Source: Candidatus Zixiibacteriota bacterium
Lineage (GTDB): Bacteria; Zixibacteria; MSB-5A5; UBA10806; 4484-95
NCBI GenBank assembly: GCA_029932605.1
Contig: JAOZPT010000030.1
Span: forward strand, 1-29,307
DNA length: 29,307 bases
Direction: 5' to 3'
The translations under genes and the position numbers were made by a program. Positions 9,466 through 18,583 of this stretch are shown in pieces; position 1 is the stretch's first letter, and each line of letters opens with the position of its first letter. A model generated the notes under the pieces. The model saw only the letters and a list, made by a program, of their open reading frames with translations, did no database searches and had not been told where the DNA came from.

Positions 9466-9843
9466 CTATTGGCCTAGTTCAGGTTTATTCTTTTTTATTT
9501 CCTTTTTTTCTATTATGTGTGAAATTATGAGAGCGAGGCCTACTAATATGGGAATGGCGCTTACACCCAGGGCATTACCTCCTCCTCCCAAAAGTATAAA
9601 CAAGCCCAGACCGATGGCTATCCAGATCAGAGCCGCTTTAAGAGTACTAAACGGTGCTCTTGCGAGTTTCAGCTCTGGAACCGGTATTCCTTTTTCAATG
9701 GCAGCCTTATATGCCTCTATCTCCAGTCTGCGCCTTTTCATGCTGTAAATGATTATAACTACCGCGACAATAGTAAGGCAGGTGAATATCACCCCTGTTA
9801 CCAATATAGCGGTGATATCAAGGTTTGCAAACGGCATTGTCAA
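9466..9843 (-). CDS. Small membrane protein (DUF6249-like), divergent from the ECF sigma factor
   Basis: N-terminal TM, AAIEKG-P motif, LKAALIWIAIGLG, two C-terminal TMs; AGAGGA Shine-Dalgarno. Confidence 0.7.
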   Translation of the reverse strand: MTMPFANLDITAILVTGVIFTCLTIVAVVIIIYSMKRRRLEIEAYKAAIEKGIPVPELKLARAPFSTLKAALIWIAIGLGLFILLGGGGNALGVSAIPILVGLALIISHIIEKKEIKKNKPELGQ

Positions 9844-9874
9844 ATCCTCTCTTTCTTGGTTGTTTTTTCATAAA

Positions 9875-9947
9875 GACACATAATACTGTGGTTTTGTTAC
9901 AAAAATATTTAAAAAAAACATGTAACAAAATTATTATATTGAGTGTT
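9875..9947. promoter_or_regulatory. Back-to-back ECF-type promoters
   Basis: Minus strand TGTAAC(9901-9896)-17 nt-TGTC(9878-9875); plus strand TGTAAC(9921-9926)-17 nt-TGTT(9944-9947). Both begin TGTAACAAAA. Confidence 0.6.
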
Positions 9948-9957
9948 ATAAAAATAG

Positions 9958-10569
9958 ATGGTTGCGAATTTACAGTTTCTCAGTGTTGCCAGTGTAAGTG
10001 TTAAAAAATTAGCCAGACAGATTCAGACGAAATTGGTTTTGACAGATTCTCAGCTTATTGCCCGCACCAAAGGTGGTGACAATGATGCTTTTGCTGAACT
10101 GATAAGGCGTCATCAGGATTGTGTTTTCAGGCAGGCTATAGGATATCTCCAGGAGAAAGAGGCTGCTCGAGATGCCGCTCAGGAGACATTTATTAAAGCT
10201 TATCAGGGTTTAGCATATTTTAAAAACGAATCGAAATTCCAGGATGCATCAACCTTTTCGGCATGGCTGTTTAGAATATGTAAAAATCATTGCTTGAATG
10301 TCCTGCGCAGGATGAAACTGGAAACCAGGATCGATTGCGATATAATCAAAGTGAATCAACCTGATATGTTATTGGCAAGCCGGCTTAAAAAGAAGATAGC
10401 CGGTTTGAAAGAAGAATACAGGGATGTAATCGTTTTACGATATTATCAGGAATTAAAATATGAGCAGATCGCTCGAATTCTGGGCATACCTTTAAGCACA
10501 GTGAAAATCAGATTATTCAGGGCCAAAAACGAACTTAAAAAGGTTTTCGATAAAGATGAAATGCGCTGA
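9958..10569 (+). CDS. ECF RNA polymerase sigma factor
   Basis: Region 2 (GDNDAFAELI, DAAQETFIKAY, FSAWLFRICKN) and region 4 (YEQIARILGIPLSTVKIRLFRAK). True start may be downstream. Confidence 0.93.
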   Translation: MVANLQFLSVASVSVKKLARQIQTKLVLTDSQLIARTKGGDNDAFAELIRRHQDCVFRQAIGYLQEKEAARDAAQETFIKAYQGLAYFKNESKFQDASTFSAWLFRICKNHCLNVLRRMKLETRIDCDIIKVNQPDMLLASRLKKKIAGLKEEYRDVIVLRYYQELKYEQIARILGIPLSTVKIRLFRAKNELKKVFDKDEMR

Positions 10570-11056
10570 TGTTTTAAAGATTTTACATGGCGATAAGGGA
10601 GACCTTGAGGCTGTAGCCAGACATATAAGAAACTGCCCGGCCTGTGCAGGGAGATACAAGCGCGATTTAGAGCTTGAAATGGCACTTAAAAAGTTGGGAC
10701 AGGAGGTTGAATCGATTGATATTATCGACAAGGTCAACGATGCTTTATACTTAAGGCAAAAGCGCCAGACGCGGTTTAAACTTATCAGAAGATGGGTGTG
10801 GCTGTTGACAGGTTTAGTGATTGTAATGTTTCTGGTGGTTACCATACCTTTTTTGACCGGTTTGTTTAATGAGCTATATGGATATATTTACTCAGCAGTT
10901 ACCACTCTGGATAAATATGGGAGGACTTTTGCCGAAGATTTAATTTCCTCTGAGGATTTCTCTAGAAATTTTACAGATTTTTTGTACTTGCTCGCGGTAA
11001 TTGTAGCAGGGATATTTGCTTATCTATGGCGAGAGTTTAAAAGTATTATCCAGTGA
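10556..11056 (+). CDS. Zinc-binding (ZAS) membrane anti-sigma factor
   Basis: MKC...HIRNCPAC (HxxxCxxC) followed by two TM segments; overlaps the sigma gene. Confidence 0.85.
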   Translation: MKCADVLKILHGDKGDLEAVARHIRNCPACAGRYKRDLELEMALKKLGQEVESIDIIDKVNDALYLRQKRQTRFKLIRRWVWLLTGLVIVMFLVVTIPFLTGLFNELYGYIYSAVTTLDKYGRTFAEDLISSEDFSRNFTDFLYLLAVIVAGIFAYLWREFKSIIQ

Positions 11057-11133
11057 TAGTAATCTTAAACACCTAAAAGACGATAAAAGGTATGTTAAAA
11101 TAGGGGTGTTTTTGCTGTATTATCTTTAAAATA

Positions 11134-11180
11134 TAAAAAAGAGACGGGCTGGAATTGGTTTTCCAGCCCGTTTGTTGTTT
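11134..11180. terminator. Rho-independent terminator, probably bidirectional (gdhA / anti-sigma)
   Basis: acgggctggaa-ttggtt-ttccagcccgt 11-bp stem (11144-11171) with an A-run on the left and a T-rich run on the right. Confidence 0.85.
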
Positions 11181-11197
11181 CATTAAGGATAGATTTT

Positions 11198-12568
<1,371 letters not shown>

Positions 12569-12644
12569 TTAGTTTTTAATTTAGTTAAAGGTTGTTTTAA
12601 TTTTTCACCTTTCCTAATTAATTTCAGTATTAATCAGGTTGTGA

Positions 12645-12673
12645 ATGATAAAAAAAAATAAAATGAAAGGCAA
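12645..12673 (-). promoter_or_regulatory. Putative sigma70 promoter of gdhA
   Basis: Minus strand TTGCCT-17 nt-TATCAT. Confidence 0.5.
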
Positions 12674-12715
12674 TGGAAATCGTGGGCAATGCAATCAAAT
12701 TCTGTTGAAGTTTGG

Positions 12716-12950
12716 TTAAGGCTTGCAAACAAGGTATCTCCCACAGCTTGACGTTTTATAATATCTTTGCCGATAGACCCTTATCCCGTTAAGGAACATA
12801 CCAACTATTTGGATAACATGTGCTTCATTTACCCAGCCTGGATAACGACACAGGAATGTTCTTGGGTGTTTGAAGAAACCTTCGGCCATGTTAGTGGCCC
12901 GTAACCTAAATCTCAACGGAAAATTTAACAAACTTAGGAAGGTATATACA
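12716..12950 (-). pseudogene. Possible IS256/mutator-like transposase C-terminal remnant
   Basis: TFL..LNFP..RLRATNMAEGFFKH.R.FL..YPG..NE resembles the IS256 C-terminal pattern TF..FP....RTTN..E...R...G.F. Recalled similarity only; no N-terminus or terminal IRs seen. Confidence 0.4.
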
Positions 12951-13019
12951 AAAATATAATGGGATGGTAAACCAGGGCTATTGGATTTATTGATTTAACG
13001 GTTTTTTTCTATACATCAC

Positions 13020-13034
13020 TGACAGATTCTGTCA
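13020..13034. promoter_or_regulatory. Perfect palindrome upstream of cas10 (candidate operator)
   Basis: TGACAGA-T-TCTGTCA. Confidence 0.45.
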
Positions 13035-13125
13035 ATGGCATCATTTATATTTCTGATAGAGAAAAAATTTATATTGATTTTTGGCTGATTGTTGGATTTA
13101 TTGAAATTAACAATATTAGGAAATT

Positions 13126-13148
13126 ATGCTGGTTGTAAACACCAGCAT
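13126..13148. promoter_or_regulatory. Inverted repeat upstream of cas10 (candidate operator or 5' UTR hairpin)
   Basis: ATGCTGGT-7 nt-ACCAGCAT. Confidence 0.45.
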
Positions 13149-13235
13149 CAAATGTTGTCCAGGTGAAAGTTAAATATTTAAAAGTTCTTTCAGCGATTTT
13201 TTTTTAATCGTCATATTTTTAAAATGGGATGCAAT

Positions 13236-15572
13236 ATGAAAGACAAATTGAATGTTATAGCATTAGCCGCGTTGCTTCATGATATTGGTAAAGTTGGGCA
13301 GAGAGCTTACTCTGGTGATAAGGGACTTTCAAAAAGCACATTGGGACTTGCGGAATATTTGTGTCCATCAGGTAAAGACGGGCGTTTAACTCACAAACAT
13401 GTTTTATATACTAACGAGTATATTGAAGCTACAAAAGATCATTTCCCGGATAAACTGAATATTTCTGAAATAGCCAATTTAGCATCGTATCATCACAATC
13501 CTTCAGATGATTACCAGAAAATAATTACCCAAGCTGATCATCTTTCCTCTGCTATGGAGCGGGAAACATTGGACTATTCAACCACACGAACCGATTTCAG
13601 AAATACGTTGTTGTCTCCTGTTACAAATTACATATCTGCTCAACCCGACTGCAGGATATCAGAGGATTACAAATATGATTTAAGCCCATATTCTATCAAA
13701 TTAATTTTCCCTTCTCTGATTGAAGCACCTGAAAGTCAGATTGAAAAGTATAAAGCTATCTGGGATAACCTCATTGAAACCATAAAAAAGATAAACATGG
13801 CCGATGAAATAAAATTTATTAATACGTTTTTATCAATTCTTGAAAAATATCTATGGGCTGTACCGTCAGCAACCAATGTTGAAGTACCAGACATTTCACT
13901 TTTTGATCATTTGAAAACAACTTCGGCTATCGCAGGATGCATTTATTTATCTGATGATATGAATAATCCATTTATTCTGGCAGCCGGTGATTTTGGTGGA
14001 ATCCAGAAGTACATATTCAATCTTAAACCAGGTTCTGGGGGAATCGCAAAAGCATTGAGAGGCCGTTCATTTGAAGTCGGTTCGTTTTCGGATTCAACAG
14101 CTGTCAGTATTTTAAATGATCTGGGATTATCAATGGCTCACCTGATAATGAATTCTGGCGGGAAGTTTTTATTGCTATTGCCCAATACAGAAAAAACGTC
14201 GGCTGTCCTAACTGACAACCAGAAACGTTTGCACGACTGGATACTTGAAGAAAGAAACGGTGAATTGCGATTCAATATGTCATGGATGGAAGTATCTAAA
14301 GACGACATTAAGGATTTTCCATCAACTTTGGATAAAATCAACGAGAAGTTGAATGCAGCCAGTTTTAGAGGGTTAAAATCGTTCCAGCAGAACAATAAGT
14401 GGATGGAGGATAAATGGACCAGACCGGGCTACTCAGATAAATATGAAGGTCTTTGTAAGTCATGCCATTCAAATAAAATAGCAAAAAATATAATGCCAGG
14501 CGAAACTGAAGATCTGTGTGAAAACTGCTCTAAAGATAGGGAAATAGGTAAACAACTGGTGAAATCAAAATTTCAGGTGTTTGATACAAAACAATCTCTA
14601 AAATTCAAGTTGCCGTTTTTAAGTTACAATTTGTTAAAGGAGATGACCGAACCGGACAACAAATCAGATCTTGTGATTGAATTCCGAGGCGAATTGCAAA
14701 GCAAATATGACACGCCATATTTTACCATTCTGAAAAACAACTGGGTACCCAGGGATGAAGATAATAATGTACGCGAATTTGACTGGATTGCTGAAAAATC
14801 GAAAGGTAGGGAGTTACTTGGGTATCTAAAAGCCGATGTCGATAATCTCGGCTTTATATTCTCGAGGGGATTGGTATCTGAAGGTAAAGAGCAAAAAGAC
14901 AGAACCTCGATCTCACGACAAGCCACACTCAGCAGATCACTTGAATATTTCTTTGCAGGTTTCATTTATCATTTCCTTGAGGAAAAGTATCCAACTATCT
15001 ATACAGTCTTTTCAGGCGGTGATGATTTATTTTTAATCGGTCCCTGGGACAAGATATTCGATATGGCACAAGAGCTTCGCTCGGAATTTGCTCGATACAC
15101 CTGCAATAATAAGTCATGGAGCTTATCAGCAGGCATTGCAGTTGTTAAGCATAAAACTCCTGTACTTCATGGACAACAGCTGGCAAGCATAAACCTGGAT
15201 CTCTCAAAAAAGAAAACCGGCAAAGATTCTATAACAGCCTTCTCAACAACCATGAGCTGGGAGGAGTACTCTAAGGCATTAAAACAGGGGAACCAGCTTG
15301 TTGAGTGGATTGAAGATGGCACGCTTAATTCATCAAAGGTTTACAGATTTATGACTTATGCTCAAGAATTGAAAAAATTTGATTTAACCCGTAACACTTC
15401 TCTGTTACAGGTTATTCCACAGATGATTTATGACTTAACCAGAAACTGGGACAATAAAACAGGTAGTCAAAAAGATGCTAAAAAGTGGGCGCATGCATAT
15501 ACTAATCCTGAAAATAAAAATCTGAAGATATTGCCTTTTATATGTGAATATGCATTAACAAAAACTAAATAA
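13236..15572 (+). CDS. cas10: Type III-A CRISPR Cas10/Csm1
   Basis: HD domain AALLHDIGK, PDISLFDHLKTTSAIA, GDFGGIQKYIF, Zn finger CKSC...CENC, KADVDNLG, cyclase motif SGGDDL. Alternative ATG at 13224. Confidence 0.97.
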   Translation: MKDKLNVIALAALLHDIGKVGQRAYSGDKGLSKSTLGLAEYLCPSGKDGRLTHKHVLYTNEYIEATKDHFPDKLNISEIANLASYHHNPSDDYQKIITQADHLSSAMERETLDYSTTRTDFRNTLLSPVTNYISAQPDCRISEDYKYDLSPYSIKLIFPSLIEAPESQIEKYKAIWDNLIETIKKINMADEIKFINTFLSILEKYLWAVPSATNVEVPDISLFDHLKTTSAIAGCIYLSDDMNNPFILAAGDFGGIQKYIFNLKPGSGGIAKALRGRSFEVGSFSDSTAVSILNDLGLSMAHLIMNSGGKFLLLLPNTEKTSAVLTDNQKRLHDWILEERNGELRFNMSWMEVSKDDIKDFPSTLDKINEKLNAASFRGLKSFQQNNKWMEDKWTRPGYSDKYEGLCKSCHSNKIAKNIMPGETEDLCENCSKDREIGKQLVKSKFQVFDTKQSLKFKLPFLSYNLLKEMTEPDNKSDLVIEFRGELQSKYDTPYFTILKNNWVPRDEDNNVREFDWIAEKSKGRELLGYLKADVDNLGFIFSRGLVSEGKEQKDRTSISRQATLSRSLEYFFAGFIYHFLEEKYPTIYTVFSGGDDLFLIGPWDKIFDMAQELRSEFARYTCNNKSWSLSAGIAVVKHKTPVLHGQQLASINLDLSKKKTGKDSITAFSTTMSWEEYSKALKQGNQLVEWIEDGTLNSSKVYRFMTYAQELKKFDLTRNTSLLQVIPQMIYDLTRNWDNKTGSQKDAKKWAHAYTNPENKNLKILPFICEYALTKTK

Positions 15573-15582
15573 AGGATCTGTT

Positions 15583-15867
15583 ATGGGAAAATGTAAAATA
15601 TGCGGGAAACAAACTCTTGAGGGCTATGACCTCTGCCCACAATGTGGGTCTGAAAGTCAAAAAAGCAAGAAGGAAAATCCTCGAAGGACACACAATTTAC
15701 ACGAAGGGAAAAGCGATTCATTAGATAACATAATTTTTAAATCGCTTTACACCGACGCTAATAAGAAAATCATACGAGGAGAAATATTTCGTCACGCAGC
15801 AAAACAGGCGGCAAACATGTTTGCTGATGCTAGAATGTCAAAAACGCAATTAAGAAATTTTTTATAA
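15583..15867 (+). CDS. Zinc-ribbon + truncated Csm2-like repeat (N-terminal part of a frameshifted csm2 gene)
   Basis: CKIC-x10-CPQC, then EIFRHAAKQAANMF...MSKTQLRNF (Csm2 N-terminal motif). Stops just after a T6 run; removing one T joins it to the next ORF. Confidence 0.7.
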   Translation: MGKCKICGKQTLEGYDLCPQCGSESQKSKKENPRRTHNLHEGKSDSLDNIIFKSLYTDANKKIIRGEIFRHAAKQAANMFADARMSKTQLRNFL

Positions 15868-15892
15868 TGAAGATGGTTATATCAAGAGGGAG

Positions 15893-16216
15893 GTGTTTAT
15901 TGAGTCAGCTGAACAGATGTCTGATATTTTACAAAGGAAGAGGATGACACAGGCGTCAATTAGACATTTATTTAACATGATAAAGTCTATAGAAATGAGG
16001 CTGAAAGCCGATCGGGATTTGCCACTGGGATTTATCCGTGAGAATTTCTATAAATTCGTAACTCACACAGAATACCAGGTAAAAAGGGGGATTATACCTG
16101 AAGTATTTAGAGAGTTTGTTGACAGTCACAAGGATATAGCTGTTAGAAGCATAGATGAGTTTAAGGGTTTTGTTCAATACTTAACCTCAATTGTCGCGAG
16201 GATGAAACAAAAATAG
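15893..16216 (+). CDS. csm2: Csm2 (Cas11) small-subunit domain
   Basis: MTQASIRHLFNMIK...YQVKRG...FREFV...FKGFVQYLTSIVA; lies between cas10 and csm3; frame is open upstream to the T6 junction. Confidence 0.85.
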   Translation: MFIESAEQMSDILQRKRMTQASIRHLFNMIKSIEMRLKADRDLPLGFIRENFYKFVTHTEYQVKRGIIPEVFREFVDSHKDIAVRSIDEFKGFVQYLTSIVARMKQK

Positions 16217-16224
16217 GAGGATAT

Positions 16225-16893
16225 ATGAAACTTGAAGGTTACACTACCATTGACGGTCAGATAGAGTGCCTGACCGGTTTGAAAATCGGTGGCACAAGGG
16301 AATCCGGTGGTATAGGAGAAACTGATAACCCGATCATAAGGCACCCTGTGACACGCTTTCCTTACCTGCCGGGCTCATCTCTAAAAGGAAAACTGAGATC
16401 TTTGCTTGAAATTAAATACCGCCCACACAGCCAAAATACTGGTGAACCATGTAACTGCGGAAAATGTTTTGTTTGTACTTTGTTCGGATGTGGTGACCAG
16501 GCCGAAAGCTTTCAACCGACCAGGCTCATTTTCAGGGATGCTAAAGTTAGTCAAAAAACTAAAGATGAATTAGAGGAATCTCTACCGGGATCATATGCTG
16601 AGGTGAAAACCGAGATTAAAATGGACAGAAAGGCAGGAAAAGCAGCAAGGGGTGCACTCAGACAACAGGAAAGGGTTCCTGAGGGAGCTATTTTTGATTT
16701 TTCCATCTCCATGAGGCTTTTCGAGGAAGACACGCCTGATAAACGAAAAGAATATATAGAAAGGCTTGCCGAGGCTTTTGATCTCCTCGAAAAAGATTAT
16801 CTCGGCGGTTGCGGTACACGTGGTTATGGCAAAGTCAGAATTACACATGATGGTAAACCGATGAGCGAATATTTGAAATCCTTGAGCTTGTGA
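16225..16893 (+). CDS. csm3: Csm3 (Cas7 group) RAMP endoribonuclease
   Basis: TGLKIGG, GETDNPIIR (catalytic Asp position kept), PYLPGSSLKGKLRSLLE, YLGGCGTRGYG; Cys cluster CNCGKCFVC. Confidence 0.96.
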   Translation: MKLEGYTTIDGQIECLTGLKIGGTRESGGIGETDNPIIRHPVTRFPYLPGSSLKGKLRSLLEIKYRPHSQNTGEPCNCGKCFVCTLFGCGDQAESFQPTRLIFRDAKVSQKTKDELEESLPGSYAEVKTEIKMDRKAGKAARGALRQQERVPEGAIFDFSISMRLFEEDTPDKRKEYIERLAEAFDLLEKDYLGGCGTRGYGKVRITHDGKPMSEYLKSLSL

Positions 16894-17804
16894 TGGAAGA
16901 CTACCGGATTAAGATAAAACTCAAATCGCTCACCGGTACATACTGGCAATCCGATACAATCTTCGGTCATCTCTGCTGGCAGGTCGCTTATGGTGTTTTA
17001 GATGTCAACATTGAGGATTTCCTGAAACCTTTCCGGGAACGTAAGCCGCCTTTTGTGCTGTCAGATGGTTTCCCGGAAGGTTTACTACCGCGCCCCATGC
17101 TCGCTTTAAAATTAAAAAAAGCGAAAACACCCGAGGAATATAACGAGGTTAAAAGAAAGAAAAAAGCTCCTTACTATAAGTTTGATGATTTCTTAACGGT
17201 TTGTCGTGGTGGTGAAATGAAAAACATTCCTCCCGATAACCCGTGGCGGCCCATTATCACTCTTCATGCCTCGATTGATAGAATTACCAATACCACAGGG
17301 GAAAAAGGCGAATCGAGCGGATTGTATGAAACACGGGCATATTCCCTGGATGGTAGTGGCATACTTGAAATCTACCTTCGCTGTGAAGAAGGTTGGGAGG
17401 AAAAGGTAATGAAACTGTTGAGCGCTGTTTCTAAAACTGGTTTTGGTAAAGATAAATCGGTCGGTCTTGGCGCCTTCGAGATTGTTGATATTAAAAAGTT
17501 TGACAGGTTCGGCAGTTTTGACGATGCTAACGGTTTTGTATCGCTCTCATCGATGGTGCCGGCGGCTGATGATCCAACTGATGCCCGTTACAGGTTACGC
17601 ACGAAATACGGCAAGTTGGGCGAAGGCATTTTCGGTAACCCGTTTAAAAAACCGCTCTTGCAGATGGAACCCGGCGCCGTCTTTAAAACAGATGCCCCCG
17701 TTAAAGATTATTATGGCAGGATGATTGAGGGCATTGCCCCCGGCGATGAAAGAGTGGTGCAGAACTGCTATGCATTTTCCGTGCCGTGCATGGTTAAGGA
17801 TTAA
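16893..17804 (+). CDS. csm4: Csm4 (Cas5 group) RAMP
   Basis: SDTIFGHLCW, FVLSDGFP, IDRITN, GFGKDKSVGLGAF; TGATG coupling to csm3. Confidence 0.93.
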   Translation: MEDYRIKIKLKSLTGTYWQSDTIFGHLCWQVAYGVLDVNIEDFLKPFRERKPPFVLSDGFPEGLLPRPMLALKLKKAKTPEEYNEVKRKKKAPYYKFDDFLTVCRGGEMKNIPPDNPWRPIITLHASIDRITNTTGEKGESSGLYETRAYSLDGSGILEIYLRCEEGWEEKVMKLLSAVSKTGFGKDKSVGLGAFEIVDIKKFDRFGSFDDANGFVSLSSMVPAADDPTDARYRLRTKYGKLGEGIFGNPFKKPLLQMEPGAVFKTDAPVKDYYGRMIEGIAPGDERVVQNCYAFSVPCMVKD

Positions 17805-17808
17805 CGGA

Positions 17809-18183
17809 ATGGCTAACCTTTATATCACAGAACAGGGCGCTTATTTGAGGAAAACCGGGAAAAGACTATTTCTGGAAAAAGAAGGCCGGAAACTGGCTGA
17901 TATTGATGTTCACCGTGTCGATTGTGTGTTGATATATGGGAACATTCAATTCTCCACACAAGCGGTAAAGATGTTATTGAAAAATGGAGTTGAATTAGCC
18001 TTGCTTTCTGAATCTGGAAAAATATATGGACAGCTGACTCCACCTGTTCCTAAAAACATTATTCTACGAACAAACCAGTTTCGATTGTTTAATGATAAAG
18101 ATTTCCGTCTTGAACAATCCAAATACATCTTGAAAGCAAAACTCGAAAACTCTGCCAAGACTGAATTCGGCGAAAATCCTTGA
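17809..18183 (+). pseudogene. cas1: Truncated cas1 (N-terminal ~115 aa only)
   Basis: LYITEQGAYLRK, VLIYGNIQFSTQA, AKLENS; ends before the catalytic helical domain (E/H/D residues absent). Confidence 0.9.
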
Positions 18184-18400
18184 AGATTATGGAAAACGAG
18201 TGCAGGAATCTGTGTTCGAGCTGGCTAATATTAACAATGAAATATGGTCTGAATGTTTAAGTAGGCTGAAAAACAAAATTAAACTGTCCGGTGAAGATTC
18301 AATCAGGATTTACCTTTTATGTGATACATGTAAAGGCAAAATAAAAATTCTTGGTAAGGGCAAGAAACCAATGGATGACCCGGAGGTTTATATTATTTAG
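18158..18400 (+). pseudogene. cas2: 5'-truncated cas2
   Basis: Frame reads RLNSAKILEDYGKRVQESVFE...EDSIRIYLLCDTC; the N-terminal strand with the YD motif is absent (in-frame TGA at 18131). Confidence 0.88.
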
Positions 18401-18583
18401 TATTACCGGAAAACCTAAACGATTGGATTTTTTAATCGAGGTTTCCTGAGTTATCAAGTTGCTCATTGACAACAAAATACATTTTTCAGGGAGTTTTAAA
18501 GTGTTGACAGAATCGCAAATAATTCCATATATTCCAAAACAGTTGATAAACCTGTTGAATGAGAGAAAGTTAATGAACCAACT
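18401..18583 (+). promoter_or_regulatory. CRISPR leader with putative promoter
   Basis: AT-rich non-coding region. TTGACA(18504-18509)-18 nt-TATATT(18528-18533); imperfect hairpin at 18408-18446. Confidence 0.7.

Noticed and set aside
17725..17808. N-terminal extension of cas1 suggesting a fusion such as RT-Cas1
   Set aside because: Overlaps csm4 out of frame; Cas1 similarity starts at ATG 17809 and no RT motifs are present.
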